A stretch of DNA of 56,809 bases from Clostridiales bacterium (GCA_017513085.1 JAFWDK010000017.1:1-56809), one strand, 5' to 3'. Counted from the stretch's first letter, positions 1 through 10,481 are shown. Translations and numbers: made by a program. Notes: a model not told the origin generated them from the letters alone.

Positions 1-278
1 AAATAACTTTTGAGCGGTCAGACAGCCATCTCATATTTCCTTCCAGGCGAGGGTCCAATTTACTTTTTCAAACAAATGGGCCTTGGTCTGTTTGCTATGC
101 AACAAAACATGGAATACTCAACAGTTTTATGCCATTATACCTCCTTTTTAAGCTCCGTAACAGCACAAATTACGATCGATTACAAGTCGAGCATAATCCA
201 ACACTCATTTAGTTTTTCATTTAAGTATAATTAAGTAATCATTGATGACAATTACGTGATCACTCATCCATTTCTTGT

Positions 279-752
279 TTAATTCTGAAGAAAAGAATAT
301 AGGTTTCTTCCCGGAGTCTTCGATTCATACGGGATCAAGCCGAATCCCTCTCCCGATACGGCACAAAGGATCATCTTCTTCGTCAGATCCGGAACGGTTT
401 CATCGGCGAGTGCTTCCTCTATATCCATCCAGACGACCTTATCGTTTTCATCACCATCTGACCTGGCTTCGCCCTCGACATATTCTGCTTCGAATACAGC
501 GTACCAGTCTTTCGCACTGAAGCGCATTCCAAAGAGTTTTCCTGCCTTCACAGTAACACCTGTTTCTTCCTGAAACTCTCTCACCAGCGTTTCCTCCGGC
601 GTCTCTCCGAAATCAACATATCCGCCCGGGATGATCAGCATGCCCTTTCCAGCTCCATACGTATGACGCGCAAGCAGGACTTTCCCTTCTTTGATGCACA
701 CTCCGCCGACAGACTGACTCCAATTTGTTTTACCAGGATCTGCTGTTGTCAT
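279..752 (-). CDS. NUDIX hydrolase
   Basis: Nudix box GGYVDFGETPEETLVREFQEETG; start moved to ATG 752 behind GAAAGGA. Confidence 0.85.
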   Translation of the reverse strand: MTTADPGKTNWSQSVGGVCIKEGKVLLARHTYGAGKGMLIIPGGYVDFGETPEETLVREFQEETGVTVKAGKLFGMRFSAKDWYAVFEAEYVEGEARSDGDENDKVVWMDIEEALADETVPDLTKKMILCAVSGEGFGLIPYESKTPGRNLYSFLQN

Positions 753-754
753 GT

Positions 755-1231
755 TTATTCCTTTCCGAGATAGCATACCATGATGTACTCTTCGTTATTC
801 TCATCCACTTTCCGGAATCCGACTTTCTCATACATCCTTACCGCATAGTTACTCTTCTGGACCGCCAGAGAGGCTTTTTTGAAACCCTGATTCTTCAGAT
901 GCTCCAGCATCTTTTTCATCAGTTCGGTGCCGATTCCTTTGCCGCGGTATTCCTTGATCAGGGAGATGGCAAAGGATGGCGTCTGCGAATCCACATGCCC
1001 ATAATCCTCCATGATGCGGGTCCAGACCGCTCCCACTACCTTACCGTCATCCTCGGCCACAAAGCAATGGTCCGCTTCGCCGGATCCGAAGTCCTCGTAA
1101 TACAATTTCAACTCCGGTCTCTCGATAATGTCCTTCGGTGGCGGTTCCATGCCTTCCGGAATAAAGATCGCCTCGTACAGAAAATCCTGCAGCAGATCTT
1201 TCTCATTGTCTCTCATTTCACGGATTACCAT
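755..1231 (-). CDS. GNAT family N-acetyltransferase
   Basis: YRGKGIGTELM acetyl-CoA motif A and NYAVRMYEKVGF motif. Confidence 0.9.
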   Translation of the reverse strand: MVIREMRDNEKDLLQDFLYEAIFIPEGMEPPPKDIIERPELKLYYEDFGSGEADHCFVAEDDGKVVGAVWTRIMEDYGHVDSQTPSFAISLIKEYRGKGIGTELMKKMLEHLKNQGFKKASLAVQKSNYAVRMYEKVGFRKVDENNEEYIMVCYLGKE

Positions 1232-1368
1232 ACACTGACCTATTCTTTCGTTGTCTCCTCATTTCGTGTTCTTTATTATAGCATCGACATAAGAAAAGAG
1301 ACCATCTCAAAATCGTTAGTATGACGGCAGCTGATTTGCTGCACTTTTCGCAAAGTCGTGCCAAAAAC

Positions 1369-1414
1369 GCAGTGATTATTGCAAAAGTCCTATGACTTTT
1401 GCTATAATTACTGC
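1369..1414 (+). promoter_or_regulatory. 46-bp imperfect palindrome covering the sigma-A promoter of the ATPase gene
   Basis: Arms gcagtgattattgcaaaagtc / gacttttgctataattactgc pair at 19 of 21 positions; contains TTGCAA (1379) and TGnTATAAT (1400-1408). Confidence 0.65.
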
Positions 1415-1436
1415 AAAAAGGATAGGAGTTTGCTAT

Positions 1437-2765
1437 ATGTATCGTGACATAATGAACGATCTGATAAAGTGGAAGAACCGAACAAGAAGAAAGCCGCTTA
1501 TTATTTCCGGAGTCAGACAGTGTGGCAAGACTTTTATCATAGAAGAATTCGGTCGCACACAGTTTTCTAATCTGCTTACGATCAATTTTGAAGAGCAGCC
1601 GGGTTTGAAAGAAGTATTTGATTTTGATTTCGACACTAAACGTATCGTTTCAGAGATAGAGAAACTGACAAAGGCAAAAATCGTACCCGGCCAGACGCTT
1701 CTATTCCTGGATGAAATACAGGAATGCCCTAAAGCGATAACAGCACTTAAATACTTCTGTGAGAAAATGAGTAATCTTCATCTAGTGTGTGCCGGATCTC
1801 TTCTTGGAGTTGCATTGCGTAGTGAAAACATTTCTTTTCCGGTAGGGAAAGTGAACAGGTTAGATCTCTATCCTATGAATTTCCGGGAGTTTGCAATCGC
1901 TTCAGGTGAAGAATCATTGATAGAGATGCTGAAGGAATGGAATGTTGACAGACCGATTCCGGATTATATTGATGTTCCGATGAAAAAACTTCTTAAAGAC
2001 TTCTATATTGTCGGCGGAATGCCTGAAGCAGTGTCTGTTTGGACGTCTACCCATGATTATGCGGAAGTTGAAGCTGTTCAGCGAGAGATCCTGAAAGACT
2101 ATGCAGATGATTTCTCAAAGCATGCTCCTATCAATGAACTCCAAAAAATACGGTGGATCTGGGATTCGATCCCTGTTCAAATAGCCAAGGAGAATAATAA
2201 GTTTGTCTTCTCACATGTTAGAGAAGGAAAGCGCGCTGCAGATCTTGATGACGCACTTTCCTGGCTTCAGAATGCAGGGCTTATATATCGACTCGAATTA
2301 GTTGAGAAACCCCAGCTTCCTTTATCTGCATTCGCAGATAAAACATACTTTAAAGTATATATGTCTGATGTCGGGCTGATGCGAGTAAGGGCGAATGTTT
2401 CTGTGGACACGATACTCAATGAGGGTGAAAAATATGTGAATTATAAAGGTGCAGTTGCTGAAAACTATGTCAACAACGAACTTGTCGTTCAAGGCAAGAG
2501 TCCGTTTTTCTGGCGCTCTAATAATACGGCAGAGATAGATTTCATGTATGAAAAGGATAATGAATTCTATCCGGTTGAAGTTAAGTCTGCGGATAATACG
2601 CAGGCTAAAAGTTATAAGCAATTCTGCTCAAAATACAATCCCAAGAAGGGCATTAAACTTTCAACGAAAAACATTGCAAGAAATCCGAGTAGTAAAACGG
2701 AGACATATAACATTCCACTGTATATGGCATGGGGAATCGACTATTACATCGACAGCCGCAATTGA
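1437..2765 (+). CDS. AAA_14 + DUF4143 ATP-binding protein with C-terminal PD-(D/E)xK-like motif
   Basis: Walker A GVRQCGKT, Walker B LFLDEIQ, C-terminal EIDF...PVEVKS; ATG 1437 after AGGAG. Confidence 0.88.
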   Translation: MYRDIMNDLIKWKNRTRRKPLIISGVRQCGKTFIIEEFGRTQFSNLLTINFEEQPGLKEVFDFDFDTKRIVSEIEKLTKAKIVPGQTLLFLDEIQECPKAITALKYFCEKMSNLHLVCAGSLLGVALRSENISFPVGKVNRLDLYPMNFREFAIASGEESLIEMLKEWNVDRPIPDYIDVPMKKLLKDFYIVGGMPEAVSVWTSTHDYAEVEAVQREILKDYADDFSKHAPINELQKIRWIWDSIPVQIAKENNKFVFSHVREGKRAADLDDALSWLQNAGLIYRLELVEKPQLPLSAFADKTYFKVYMSDVGLMRVRANVSVDTILNEGEKYVNYKGAVAENYVNNELVVQGKSPFFWRSNNTAEIDFMYEKDNEFYPVEVKSADNTQAKSYKQFCSKYNPKKGIKLSTKNIARNPSSKTETYNIPLYMAWGIDYYIDSRN

Positions 2766-2943
2766 TCTGAATCCTTTCCAAGAAAGAAACCTGCATTTTA
2801 ACTACTCGTTCCCGATGGAGATCGAAGACCGGAAAGATTTTCGTCAAAGACTTCTCGACAGATGCATTGCCGACGATCTCTCCGATGAAGGTGTTTTCGA
2901 AGGGAAAATCAACGAAGAAAGATCGATCCGGGAATTGTTCTGA
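2764..2943 (+). pseudogene. Possible 3' remnant of an unrelated gene
   Basis: Protein-like open frame DLNPFQERNLHF...IRELF-stop with no convincing start or RBS. Confidence 0.3.
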
Positions 2944-3025
2944 TCTACCGTTCGTCTCGCATAAATCGGGTGTGTATGTTACAATCTCCTAGGATCAATG
3001 AAAAATGATTGAAAGGATATAGCAT

Positions 3026-4171
3026 ATGAAGATTTGGAACAAAGTAGTTGTGCTTCTTGTCGGGGCGGCTGTTTTGATGAGCGGCTGCACTTCGGCGAAT
3101 AAAAAAGAAACGGAGAGCACCGGCAACAGTCAGACAGAAGCTACAAGTAGTGCCGGCAGTGAGTCAGAAACTACAAGCAGTTCCGGTAGTCAGACAGAAG
3201 CTACGAGCAGTACAGCAGAGGAATCAGCTCATCCCATATCCAAAATAGCTTATTTGCGTGATCTGATCGAAGAGCTTAATGAATCTGATAAGGCTATGGA
3301 AGAGCAAGGATTTCACGCTTTGAAAACAATATGCCTCGTCAATTTCATCCAGGATGAGGATCCCTATGAACCGATTGAAACGATCAACATAGAAAAAAAT
3401 AATCTGAAAGCTACTGCGGTTATCAGAATAGAAGAAGGCGACTTTGATGGTCATTCGGATTTTGAGATAAATGCCATCATGAGGGTTAACGATAATATCG
3501 TGAATTTCAGTCTTGATGACAAAAATAGCAAAGACGGTGTTCTTAGCACAACTTTACAAACTAATGAGGATTATATCCTCCAGGTCAGTGCGGATATTTT
3601 CCCGGTCGAAAAAGGTGAAAATGAGATCTCATTGATGGTATTCGGTTATTCCAGGAGCCGTGATTTGTATATTGAGCAGCAGTCCAGCTCTGTGCGATTT
3701 ACATCAGACCATGAGGAAAGTGGAGACGTTGTAGAGATCTGTCCCGAAGATAAGATCAACGTAGTCACATATCAGGACCAAAACGAGGTAAAGGCTGATT
3801 CCTATTTTATTATGCCTGAGGAACAGCTTGATTTTGAGTCTGACCATTACGGATATAAGAAAGTGACGACATTGCCCTCTCCCACCATGCATTTTCAAAT
3901 CGATAATATGAGTGTTGAGGGGGTTATCGGAAACCGTAAGGGATTGCTTCTGTTTTTTGTTGACGGTAAACTTCAGCCGGTATGGAACGGATCATACATT
4001 GGAGAGATCTCAATAAAGGAAAGTGATCTCATAAAGGAGATCGTTATCGCTTCGGAATTCAAATCGGGTGAAAAGCATAATATCGCCTGGTACTATGTAG
4101 AGACTCAAGGTGTAGATGAATGGCCGGTCGGCTCTTGGTATTCATCACATATGGAGATCAAAGACAGTTGA
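3026..4171 (+). CDS. Lipoprotein of unknown function with Ser/Thr-rich repeat linker
   Basis: Lipobox MSGC after hydrophobic stretch; three ~30-bp tandem units at about 3122-3215. Confidence 0.8.
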   Translation: MKIWNKVVVLLVGAAVLMSGCTSANKKETESTGNSQTEATSSAGSESETTSSSGSQTEATSSTAEESAHPISKIAYLRDLIEELNESDKAMEEQGFHALKTICLVNFIQDEDPYEPIETINIEKNNLKATAVIRIEEGDFDGHSDFEINAIMRVNDNIVNFSLDDKNSKDGVLSTTLQTNEDYILQVSADIFPVEKGENEISLMVFGYSRSRDLYIEQQSSSVRFTSDHEESGDVVEICPEDKINVVTYQDQNEVKADSYFIMPEEQLDFESDHYGYKKVTTLPSPTMHFQIDNMSVEGVIGNRKGLLLFFVDGKLQPVWNGSYIGEISIKESDLIKEIVIASEFKSGEKHNIAWYYVETQGVDEWPVGSWYSSHMEIKDS

Positions 4172-4197
4172 TCCCACAAAAAAAGATGTGAGCATTC

Positions 4198-4698
4198 TTA
4201 CAGTATGAGTTTTCGCTGACATGATGGTCGTTCATCAAAAACCACCAGCATGATGGTCATTTCTGTGTCTTCCTTCATGAGAAAGCTGCTTATTTCCTTG
4301 ATAGCGATCTCCAGGGCGTCTGCCTTCGGGAATCCATATATGCCTGTGGCAATCAGCGGGAAAGCGATACTCTCGGCGCCCAGTTCCGCTGCCTTGACCA
4401 GCGACTATCGGTAGCAGCTTCTAAGGATATCGAACTCATGGTGTTTCCCGTCCACCCATGCAGGACCTACGGTATGAATGATGTACTTTGCAGGAAGATC
4501 GAAGGCAGGAGTAACGGCTACATCGCCTGGAGCTATATTCCCGATCTTCTTTCTCTCGGCAAGAAGCTTCTCCTCCCCCGCCGCACGATAGACCGCCGAA
4601 TCCGTCCCCGCCATAAACTTCGGCTCCGGATTCGCCGTATTCACGATCACATCACATGCGACCTTCGTTATATCGTTACGAATGATCTGAAATGGCAT
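4198..4698 (-). pseudogene. Macrodomain (ADP-ribose-processing, Appr-1-p family) gene with in-frame TAG
   Basis: NDITKV..IVNTAN..IHTVGP; frame continues past TAG (4405-4407) as SLVKAAELGAESIAFPLIATGIYGFPKA...LVVFDE to TAA at 4198. Confidence 0.85.
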
Positions 4699-4721
4699 AT
4701 GGTTCTCCTTTACGCGAAGTG

Positions 4722-5366
4722 TTATCTGTTGATCAAGGCTTTCCCCATCTCATACACAGTTTTTCTTTCTTCCGGGAAAACAGTATCATGTCTTTCTTTT
4801 TTCGCTTTAGGATCGAACATCGTCCATGGCCAGTCTGTCTGGCTATAGTCTTTCAGCTGAAGTGTATCTCCGCTGACAAATGCCTGGCAAGGCCCAACGA
4901 AGCGGCTTAAGGTCTGCCGGTAGTTCTCCAGAAGTCGCTGATAAGCCGTATCCGGCGCATTGCTTGTCATGATGAGAAGAACCGGGATCTCCTTCTGATT
5001 ACAGCACGGTTTTTCGATGTTATAGGTCAAACTCTGGAAGATCAGTCTCTCGTATAATGCTCGGAAAGAAGCAGTCATTTCAGACAGATAATTCGGGGAT
5101 CCAATGATCAAGCCATCCGACTCCCGGATCGCATCCAGTACTGGCGTCAATCCGTCCCTGCAAATACAGTGTCCCTTATTCTTTTCTTTTTTGCAGCCGA
5201 AACATGAGATACAACCCGTATATCGCTCCAAACGGAACAGATCAAACTTCTCGATCAGAGCACCGGCATCTTCAGCACCTTTTGCCGCCTCCTCCAAAAG
5301 AGTATCCGTATTCCAGCCCTTTCTCGGCCCGGCGTTAACCACTACGATTTTTCTAACATCACTCAT
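4722..5366 (-). CDS. Flavodoxin family (iron-sulfur flavoprotein-like) protein
   Basis: GPRKGWNT, CISCFGC, IGSPNY motifs. Confidence 0.85.
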   Translation of the reverse strand: MSDVRKIVVVNAGPRKGWNTDTLLEEAAKGAEDAGALIEKFDLFRLERYTGCISCFGCKKEKNKGHCICRDGLTPVLDAIRESDGLIIGSPNYLSEMTASFRALYERLIFQSLTYNIEKPCCNQKEIPVLLIMTSNAPDTAYQRLLENYRQTLSRFVGPCQAFVSGDTLQLKDYSQTDWPWTMFDPKAKKERHDTVFPEERKTVYEMGKALINR

Positions 5367-5617
5367 GCACAGTTCCCCCGAACACAATTCAGATTCCAAG
5401 CTTCTTATCTTATATTTTCATTATATTCTTTTCCGCATCAAGTCGGTAGCGCTAAAAGGGAAACCGGATCAGAAATCTGACCCGGTTTATTTAACAAAGA
5501 AAGGAAATGTATATTAATTGTAGACTGGTATAATATTTGTATAGGTTTATTCGTCGGAGGATAAGATGGACAAATGCTGCTTCCTATTTTATTGTGCCTG
5601 AAGAAGTCGAGGAAATT

Positions 5618-6748
5618 ATGAAAAGGACATCTTTCTTAAGATTTATAGCTGTTCTAATGATCAGCGCGGTGTTGTATTGCCTTATAGGTTGTGGCATTGG
5701 AAGTAGCGATAATAGCCGAAGTTCGAAGTCTGATGAATCCCAGAATGAACCCCAAACGGGAATCACAAGGCTCAATTTTGTGCCTGCGATCGGGCACTAT
5801 AAAGTAAATACGAGACAGCATTACTGCTTCTATATAGATACCGTACAGTATTGGTATAAATATAGGGGTAGGGTATCCTTCATGGTGGATGAGAATTATG
5901 ATTATTCTCTGCTCAATAGTCAAAGTGCGATGGATTTCATTAAAGAGGTCGAAGCTATACCGGATGGTACTACTGAGGCGGATGGACCTTTTGCTTTAAA
6001 GATCGATATGGAATACAGAGATCCGGACGGCACGACGCATCCTGTAAAAAAATCGGTTTATGGTGCTCTTCCGGAAAACTGGGGTACGATCGTTAGACTG
6101 GCTAATGAATTAACAATGCAGAAAATGGATATACCTGTTAGCAGGAAGATAACTGTCGTTGATAGTAATTACCTCAGAAAGTACCATCACATCCAGGAGG
6201 ACAGTTATCCGCAAGACATTTCCCTGGATACGATCATTAAAGAACTTGGAATCACTTATGAGTATCTGTATGATGAAACTCTTTGTTTTCAGGATGACCA
6301 CTTGGATGTATGGACACTTATAGACGTATATACATTCGATTATCTGGGCATGAAGGATTACATCTTTTTTGAAACTACGCAGGTAGAAAAAACAACAGAT
6401 GGCGAAATGAAAGAATATGCTGAGAATCACTTGGAATACATTACTTCGATTAATGATGTTAGCGCTGTAGGAAGATTTCAGGACAGTAGTTTTGAGATTG
6501 TCAGAAGCGACTGCTTTGAAAAGTGGAGAAAAGACAATGGTGTTGATCTTGTCCTTTCTTATGACGATTCAATTAGTCTTATCATTTATGGGAATGAGTC
6601 GGGCAGCGACGAGACGCAAAGCTACAGATCCTTCCAATGTTATATCGATCCATCTCACAAATATCTCATCATCTTACCATTTAAGACCGGGTTCGCCGGT
6701 CATAACGTAAATAACTATAATGTTGTTTATGATTTCTTTCAACAGTAA
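5618..6748 (+). CDS. Lipoprotein of unknown function
   Basis: ATG 5618 after GAGGA; signal with LIGC lipobox. Confidence 0.75.
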   Translation: MKRTSFLRFIAVLMISAVLYCLIGCGIGSSDNSRSSKSDESQNEPQTGITRLNFVPAIGHYKVNTRQHYCFYIDTVQYWYKYRGRVSFMVDENYDYSLLNSQSAMDFIKEVEAIPDGTTEADGPFALKIDMEYRDPDGTTHPVKKSVYGALPENWGTIVRLANELTMQKMDIPVSRKITVVDSNYLRKYHHIQEDSYPQDISLDTIIKELGITYEYLYDETLCFQDDHLDVWTLIDVYTFDYLGMKDYIFFETTQVEKTTDGEMKEYAENHLEYITSINDVSAVGRFQDSSFEIVRSDCFEKWRKDNGVDLVLSYDDSISLIIYGNESGSDETQSYRSFQCYIDPSHKYLIILPFKTGFAGHNVNNYNVVYDFFQQ

Positions 6749-6824
6749 CCTGTATCATCTCGCAAGTTCTTTTTCCATTAATTCTTGACATTCGTTTCAG
6801 CAAATTGTGAAGCAAAATTGTCAT

Positions 6825-7097
6825 TTATGCTGCACGATGTCGAACGATCTTAATAAACCGGTATATGAAAAGAGCTGCCAGAAGGGCATCGAATATAAGG
6901 ATCGCGATTCCGCCCCAGAGCTTTTCCTTGAGAATAGAAACTCCAACAAATCCGATAAGGAGAATGGCGGCTGTAAGGACTAAGAGAAGAAAGACAGCAC
7001 ATAGTATTCTGATCGTCATCGGGACTTTCTTGCTTTTTGACAGCCCAATCGTCCCCTCGATCACTAAACTAAATACAGCTTCAATCAATAGTTCCAT
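6825..7097 (-). CDS. Small membrane protein
   Basis: RBS GAGGTG, 2-3 hydrophobic helices. Confidence 0.7.
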   Translation of the reverse strand: MELLIEAVFSLVIEGTIGLSKSKKVPMTIRILCAVFLLLVLTAAILLIGFVGVSILKEKLWGGIAILIFDALLAALFIYRFIKIVRHRAA

Positions 7098-7187
7098 AAT
7101 GACACCTCTTCGACTTAGTCTTTATGGTTTCATATTACAAGGTGAATTTAAAGTCTTCGCCAAGTAACAATAAAGATTGTCTAAAGC

Positions 7188-7212
7188 GACAGGCAGGATC
7201 GAGTGGGATTAA
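7188..7212 (+). repeat. guaA-3'-end-like att scar, copy 1 (degenerate)
   Basis: gacaggcaggatcgagtgggattaa reads GRIEWD-stop; 22/25 identical to 25148-25172. Confidence 0.55.
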
Positions 7213-7236
7213 GACACAAAGCTCTTTTCACTATTG

Positions 7237-7377
7237 CTATGTAAAAAGACAACTGTATCTTCTCCTCATCTCCATCACTACATCGATCACTCTGCATCGG
7301 ATCTCTTCGGGATAGATGACTGCTTTTTCCACGATGGACTCCACCTCAGCGTATCCGAACGAAAAGTGGAGATTCTC
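7237..7377 (-). pseudogene. C-terminal remnant of the HipA-like kinase usually downstream of this XRE gene
   Basis: Startless frame ENLHFSFGYAEVESIVEKAVIYPEEIRCRVIDVVMEMRRRYSCLFT-stop directly after the XRE stop; family assignment from recall. Confidence 0.55.
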
Positions 7378-7923
7378 TCACCTCTCTATCCTTATCCAGA
7401 ATTTATCTTCTGCCATTCTGCCTTCTGTCTTTTCAATGATCAGGATCGGATCGTAAAATGGGATCCCCAGGCGCTTCAGTTCCAGCTTAATCTTATCCCG
7501 GCTTTCCGGGAAGCAGCGCGATTTTAAAAATTCCTCATAATCTTCAAACTCCGGTTCCATGTTTTTACCAAAAGCGCGGAACAGCGGATCGTCGATATAG
7601 TTTCTGATCTTTACGATTCTTTTCGGTTCGTCCACGTCAATGACCGTGCATACCATATCTTCATACATATACCACAAACGCAGCTTTAAACGGGTTTTCG
7701 GCGCTTCCAGTTTCTCTGCAAATTCAGGATGTCGTCGAAGGATCTCTACCAGTGTAACGATGGGTCCTTTTATCGGTTCATCCTTCATTTCCCAATTTTC
7801 GACAGTTCTCTTCGAAGAGTTCACAAATACAGCAAACTCCTTCTGTGTCATATTCAGAAGCTTCCGGACCTGTCTCAGATCTTCTCCGGTAACCGATTCA
7901 TTCAATACATATTTATGGTCCAT
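7378..7923 (-). CDS. XRE-family HTH regulator fused to a HipA N-terminal-like domain
   Basis: LRQVRKLLNMTQKEFA...TVENWE HTH; C-terminal FLKSRCFPESR...TEGRMAEDKFW. Confidence 0.8.
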   Translation of the reverse strand: MDHKYVLNESVTGEDLRQVRKLLNMTQKEFAVFVNSSKRTVENWEMKDEPIKGPIVTLVEILRRHPEFAEKLEAPKTRLKLRLWYMYEDMVCTVIDVDEPKRIVKIRNYIDDPLFRAFGKNMEPEFEDYEEFLKSRCFPESRDKIKLELKRLGIPFYDPILIIEKTEGRMAEDKFWIRIER

Positions 7924-8011
7924 GAGAATCCCTCCTGGACTCATCAAACCACATATTTTGATGTATTTCAACGGATTTCTACCACATTATTTGTGGTTTC
8001 TCTCGGGCAGG

Positions 8012-9325
8012 TCAGCTAAAGAGAACCGGCAGGAACGGATCGCCGATCATTTTGGTGTATTCGCTGACTCCCAGTTTTTCCGATAAACTCTCGTCCGTCA
8101 CATCGATCCATTTCCCATCCACCAGAACAAAGGATGTGTTAGGTTCAGTATGCGTCACATACTCAAGTTCACCTTCGACGGCGCCGCTATAAAAGAAGCG
8201 TTTCGTCAGAATGGTCATGGATTCTCCTTCAAAATAAACAGTTCCCGTTTTCCTTATAACGACAGTGCACTCCTGGACAGAAAGAGGTGTATCAAGTTTG
8301 ACAAGGTGATATCCGGCTCTCTCCATCTTCCCACTGACCTTTGAGAGTGACCGCCCGAAATTTCCATCCAGGATCTCCACCTCATAGGTGCAGGTCTCTT
8401 CTTCCGAGAAGATCCCGACGGCAGAGAGGTTCCCCTCGTGCCGGATAATGCTGGCATATGCGCTTTCACCAGATCCACGGCTCAGATCGATATTGCCGAT
8501 CATGGCATAGCCGTGGGTTTCGCCGGAAGAATATGAATTGGTCATCTGATACGAGATCGCCAAGGGAAACTGCACGTCGTAGGAGACCCAGTAATAGGCA
8601 GGAATGTTAAGGGGCGTGATGGTATTCTGCACCAGCCAGGCACCGTTCCGGGAGGCTTTTGTGGAGAAGGCGTCTGCCGGAAAATCGTCATCCCAGCCGA
8701 TCACACACAAGAAATGATTTGTTTCCGTTCCCTTATAGTTCTGCGTCGGATATCCGTGACTTCTGGAGTATCCCGATTCTAAGCTGATTGCTACGACAGG
8801 CGCTCCATATTCCCGGACCCATTCTTTCAGTTCATCAACACCAGGATTGATAAGCCGTATTGCGTCCGAAAGCACATATCCGTGCAGCGGATCCGAACAA
8901 AGTACATCGAATACATGGAGCGGGTTTCCGCCATATTCAGTCTTATTTCCAATGGTGGCATACATCCCATCTTTTCCGGAAGACAGATCCTCCTTTGCAC
9001 AGTACATACGGTCAAATATCTCCTCGCCGGTCGCCTCCCAGTTCCCGATCTTATTCTTCTGAAGATAGGCCTGCACAGACGTGACCGCGGAAAAAGCAAA
9101 GCATCCGCTCATACCTTGTGTATAGACGGGAAGGTCTAATCCTTCATCCAGCGAGCAATAACTGGTCTTTTCGTTCTGAAAGGGTGTGAAGTATTCTGTT
9201 TCTGCGTACGGAAAGAGGTCGATGTATTTCGTATTTCTTTTTTCTTTCTTGCATCCGGAAAAAGAAACTGTGGAAAGAATGAGAAGCATGGCGATCCCTC
9301 TTCTCATCGGGCTATTTCTATTCAT
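8012..9325 (-). CDS. C1A papain-like cysteine peptidase lipoprotein
   Basis: Lipobox FSGC; QGMSGCFAFSA catalytic Cys region, NHFLCVIGWDD His, WLVQN Asn. Confidence 0.85.
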   Translation of the reverse strand: MNRNSPMRRGIAMLLILSTVSFSGCKKEKRNTKYIDLFPYAETEYFTPFQNEKTSYCSLDEGLDLPVYTQGMSGCFAFSAVTSVQAYLQKNKIGNWEATGEEIFDRMYCAKEDLSSGKDGMYATIGNKTEYGGNPLHVFDVLCSDPLHGYVLSDAIRLINPGVDELKEWVREYGAPVVAISLESGYSRSHGYPTQNYKGTETNHFLCVIGWDDDFPADAFSTKASRNGAWLVQNTITPLNIPAYYWVSYDVQFPLAISYQMTNSYSSGETHGYAMIGNIDLSRGSGESAYASIIRHEGNLSAVGIFSEEETCTYEVEILDGNFGRSLSKVSGKMERAGYHLVKLDTPLSVQECTVVIRKTGTVYFEGESMTILTKRFFYSGAVEGELEYVTHTEPNTSFVLVDGKWIDVTDESLSEKLGVSEYTKMIGDPFLPVLFS

Positions 9326-9340
9326 CTGCTTATCTCCAAA

Positions 9341-10261
9341 TCATGTCACTGCTCTTCTCTGAACCGGAAGCCAGATCTCGTTATAAAAACCTTTCCCGTC
9401 TTCACTCGGAAGGTTATAACATTCAATATTGTACTCGGCAATAAGATCGTATTCGTCCGTATCCAGAAGCCATTCTCCAAAAATGAATCTGCGCATCTTC
9501 TGGATCTCTTCCGCAGAATTATCCTTACAACGGAATTTCGCCCAGAGCGTCTCCGGAATCTCGATACACGTCATATCTTCCGGGATCTCCCCGCCCTTAT
9601 ACTCGGATCCGGCAAGGAAAAGAAAACGTTCAGCAAAGGTGATCTTCTTGACTTCATCTTCATCAAAATCCGAAAGCCAAGGCTTCCCCTGATCATTTTT
9701 CACACTCTCACACTCTCCGACGCTGACTCCGTAAAAAGGTCCGTTGTTTCCGGCCTTGAGCTGTTTCTCGATAAATCCGGTCACAAAACCGGGAATCTTC
9801 TGAAAACAGGTCTCATTCTCAAAAACATCGGCTTTCCCGAAGAGAAGGAACGGCGGTGTCGTATCGATCACTACATCCACCGTATCGGCGCCTTTGACCG
9901 AGAAAGAAAGCTTCAGCGGAAGAAATGTCCTGACCGGTTTTTTCTTCTTTTTGATCTCATTGGGAGTCGAATCGTGGAAACGGCTGAAAGCTTTTGTGAA
10001 GCTTTCCGGCGTCTCGTATCCGTATTTTGCCGCGATATCAATGACTTTGACATCCTCTTCCAGAAGATCCATTGCAGCCAGATATAGTTTTCTATTACGG
10101 ACATATTCACTGATCGAATATCCGGTGATCATCTGAAAACTTGTCTGAAGATAACTTGCCGATACATGTACCATAAGGGCCACCTCCTTCGGACCTTGCA
10201 CTGTCAGAAGATTCTTCTCCAGATATCGGAGCGTCTCAGTAATGACATTGACCCAGTCCAT
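9341..10261 (-). CDS. AraC family regulator with GyrI-like effector domain
   Basis: IAAKYGYETPESFTKAFSRFH HTH; C-terminal EIWLPV. Confidence 0.9.
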   Translation of the reverse strand: MDWVNVITETLRYLEKNLLTVQGPKEVALMVHVSASYLQTSFQMITGYSISEYVRNRKLYLAAMDLLEEDVKVIDIAAKYGYETPESFTKAFSRFHDSTPNEIKKKKKPVRTFLPLKLSFSVKGADTVDVVIDTTPPFLLFGKADVFENETCFQKIPGFVTGFIEKQLKAGNNGPFYGVSVGECESVKNDQGKPWLSDFDEDEVKKITFAERFLFLAGSEYKGGEIPEDMTCIEIPETLWAKFRCKDNSAEEIQKMRRFIFGEWLLDTDEYDLIAEYNIECYNLPSEDGKGFYNEIWLPVQRRAVT

Positions 10262-10481
10262 CTCGTAATTCTCCCTTACTTTATCCTGTTTCGGCAGACA
10301 AATCCTGTCTTTTCGTTCAAAGATTTGTCTTATGATCCTGTCTATTATATCACGGCAGTGTACCTGACCATCAGCTTTCTGACCAACAGATGGGATATCA
10401 CCTGGCTCGCAAGGTGATATAATAAAGGAAATTGGTTGTTGAGGATCTGCTTGGTTTCAAGCGGAATAATGGGTACATAAT

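Noticed and set aside
5461-5488. Hairpin aaaccggatcaga-aa-tctgacccggttt between divergent genes
   Set aside because: Single copy; most simply an orphan terminator or operator.
10346-10358. tatatcacggcag matching the flank of leader copy 4
   Set aside because: Only 13 bp, mostly the extended -10 box, with no hairpins.
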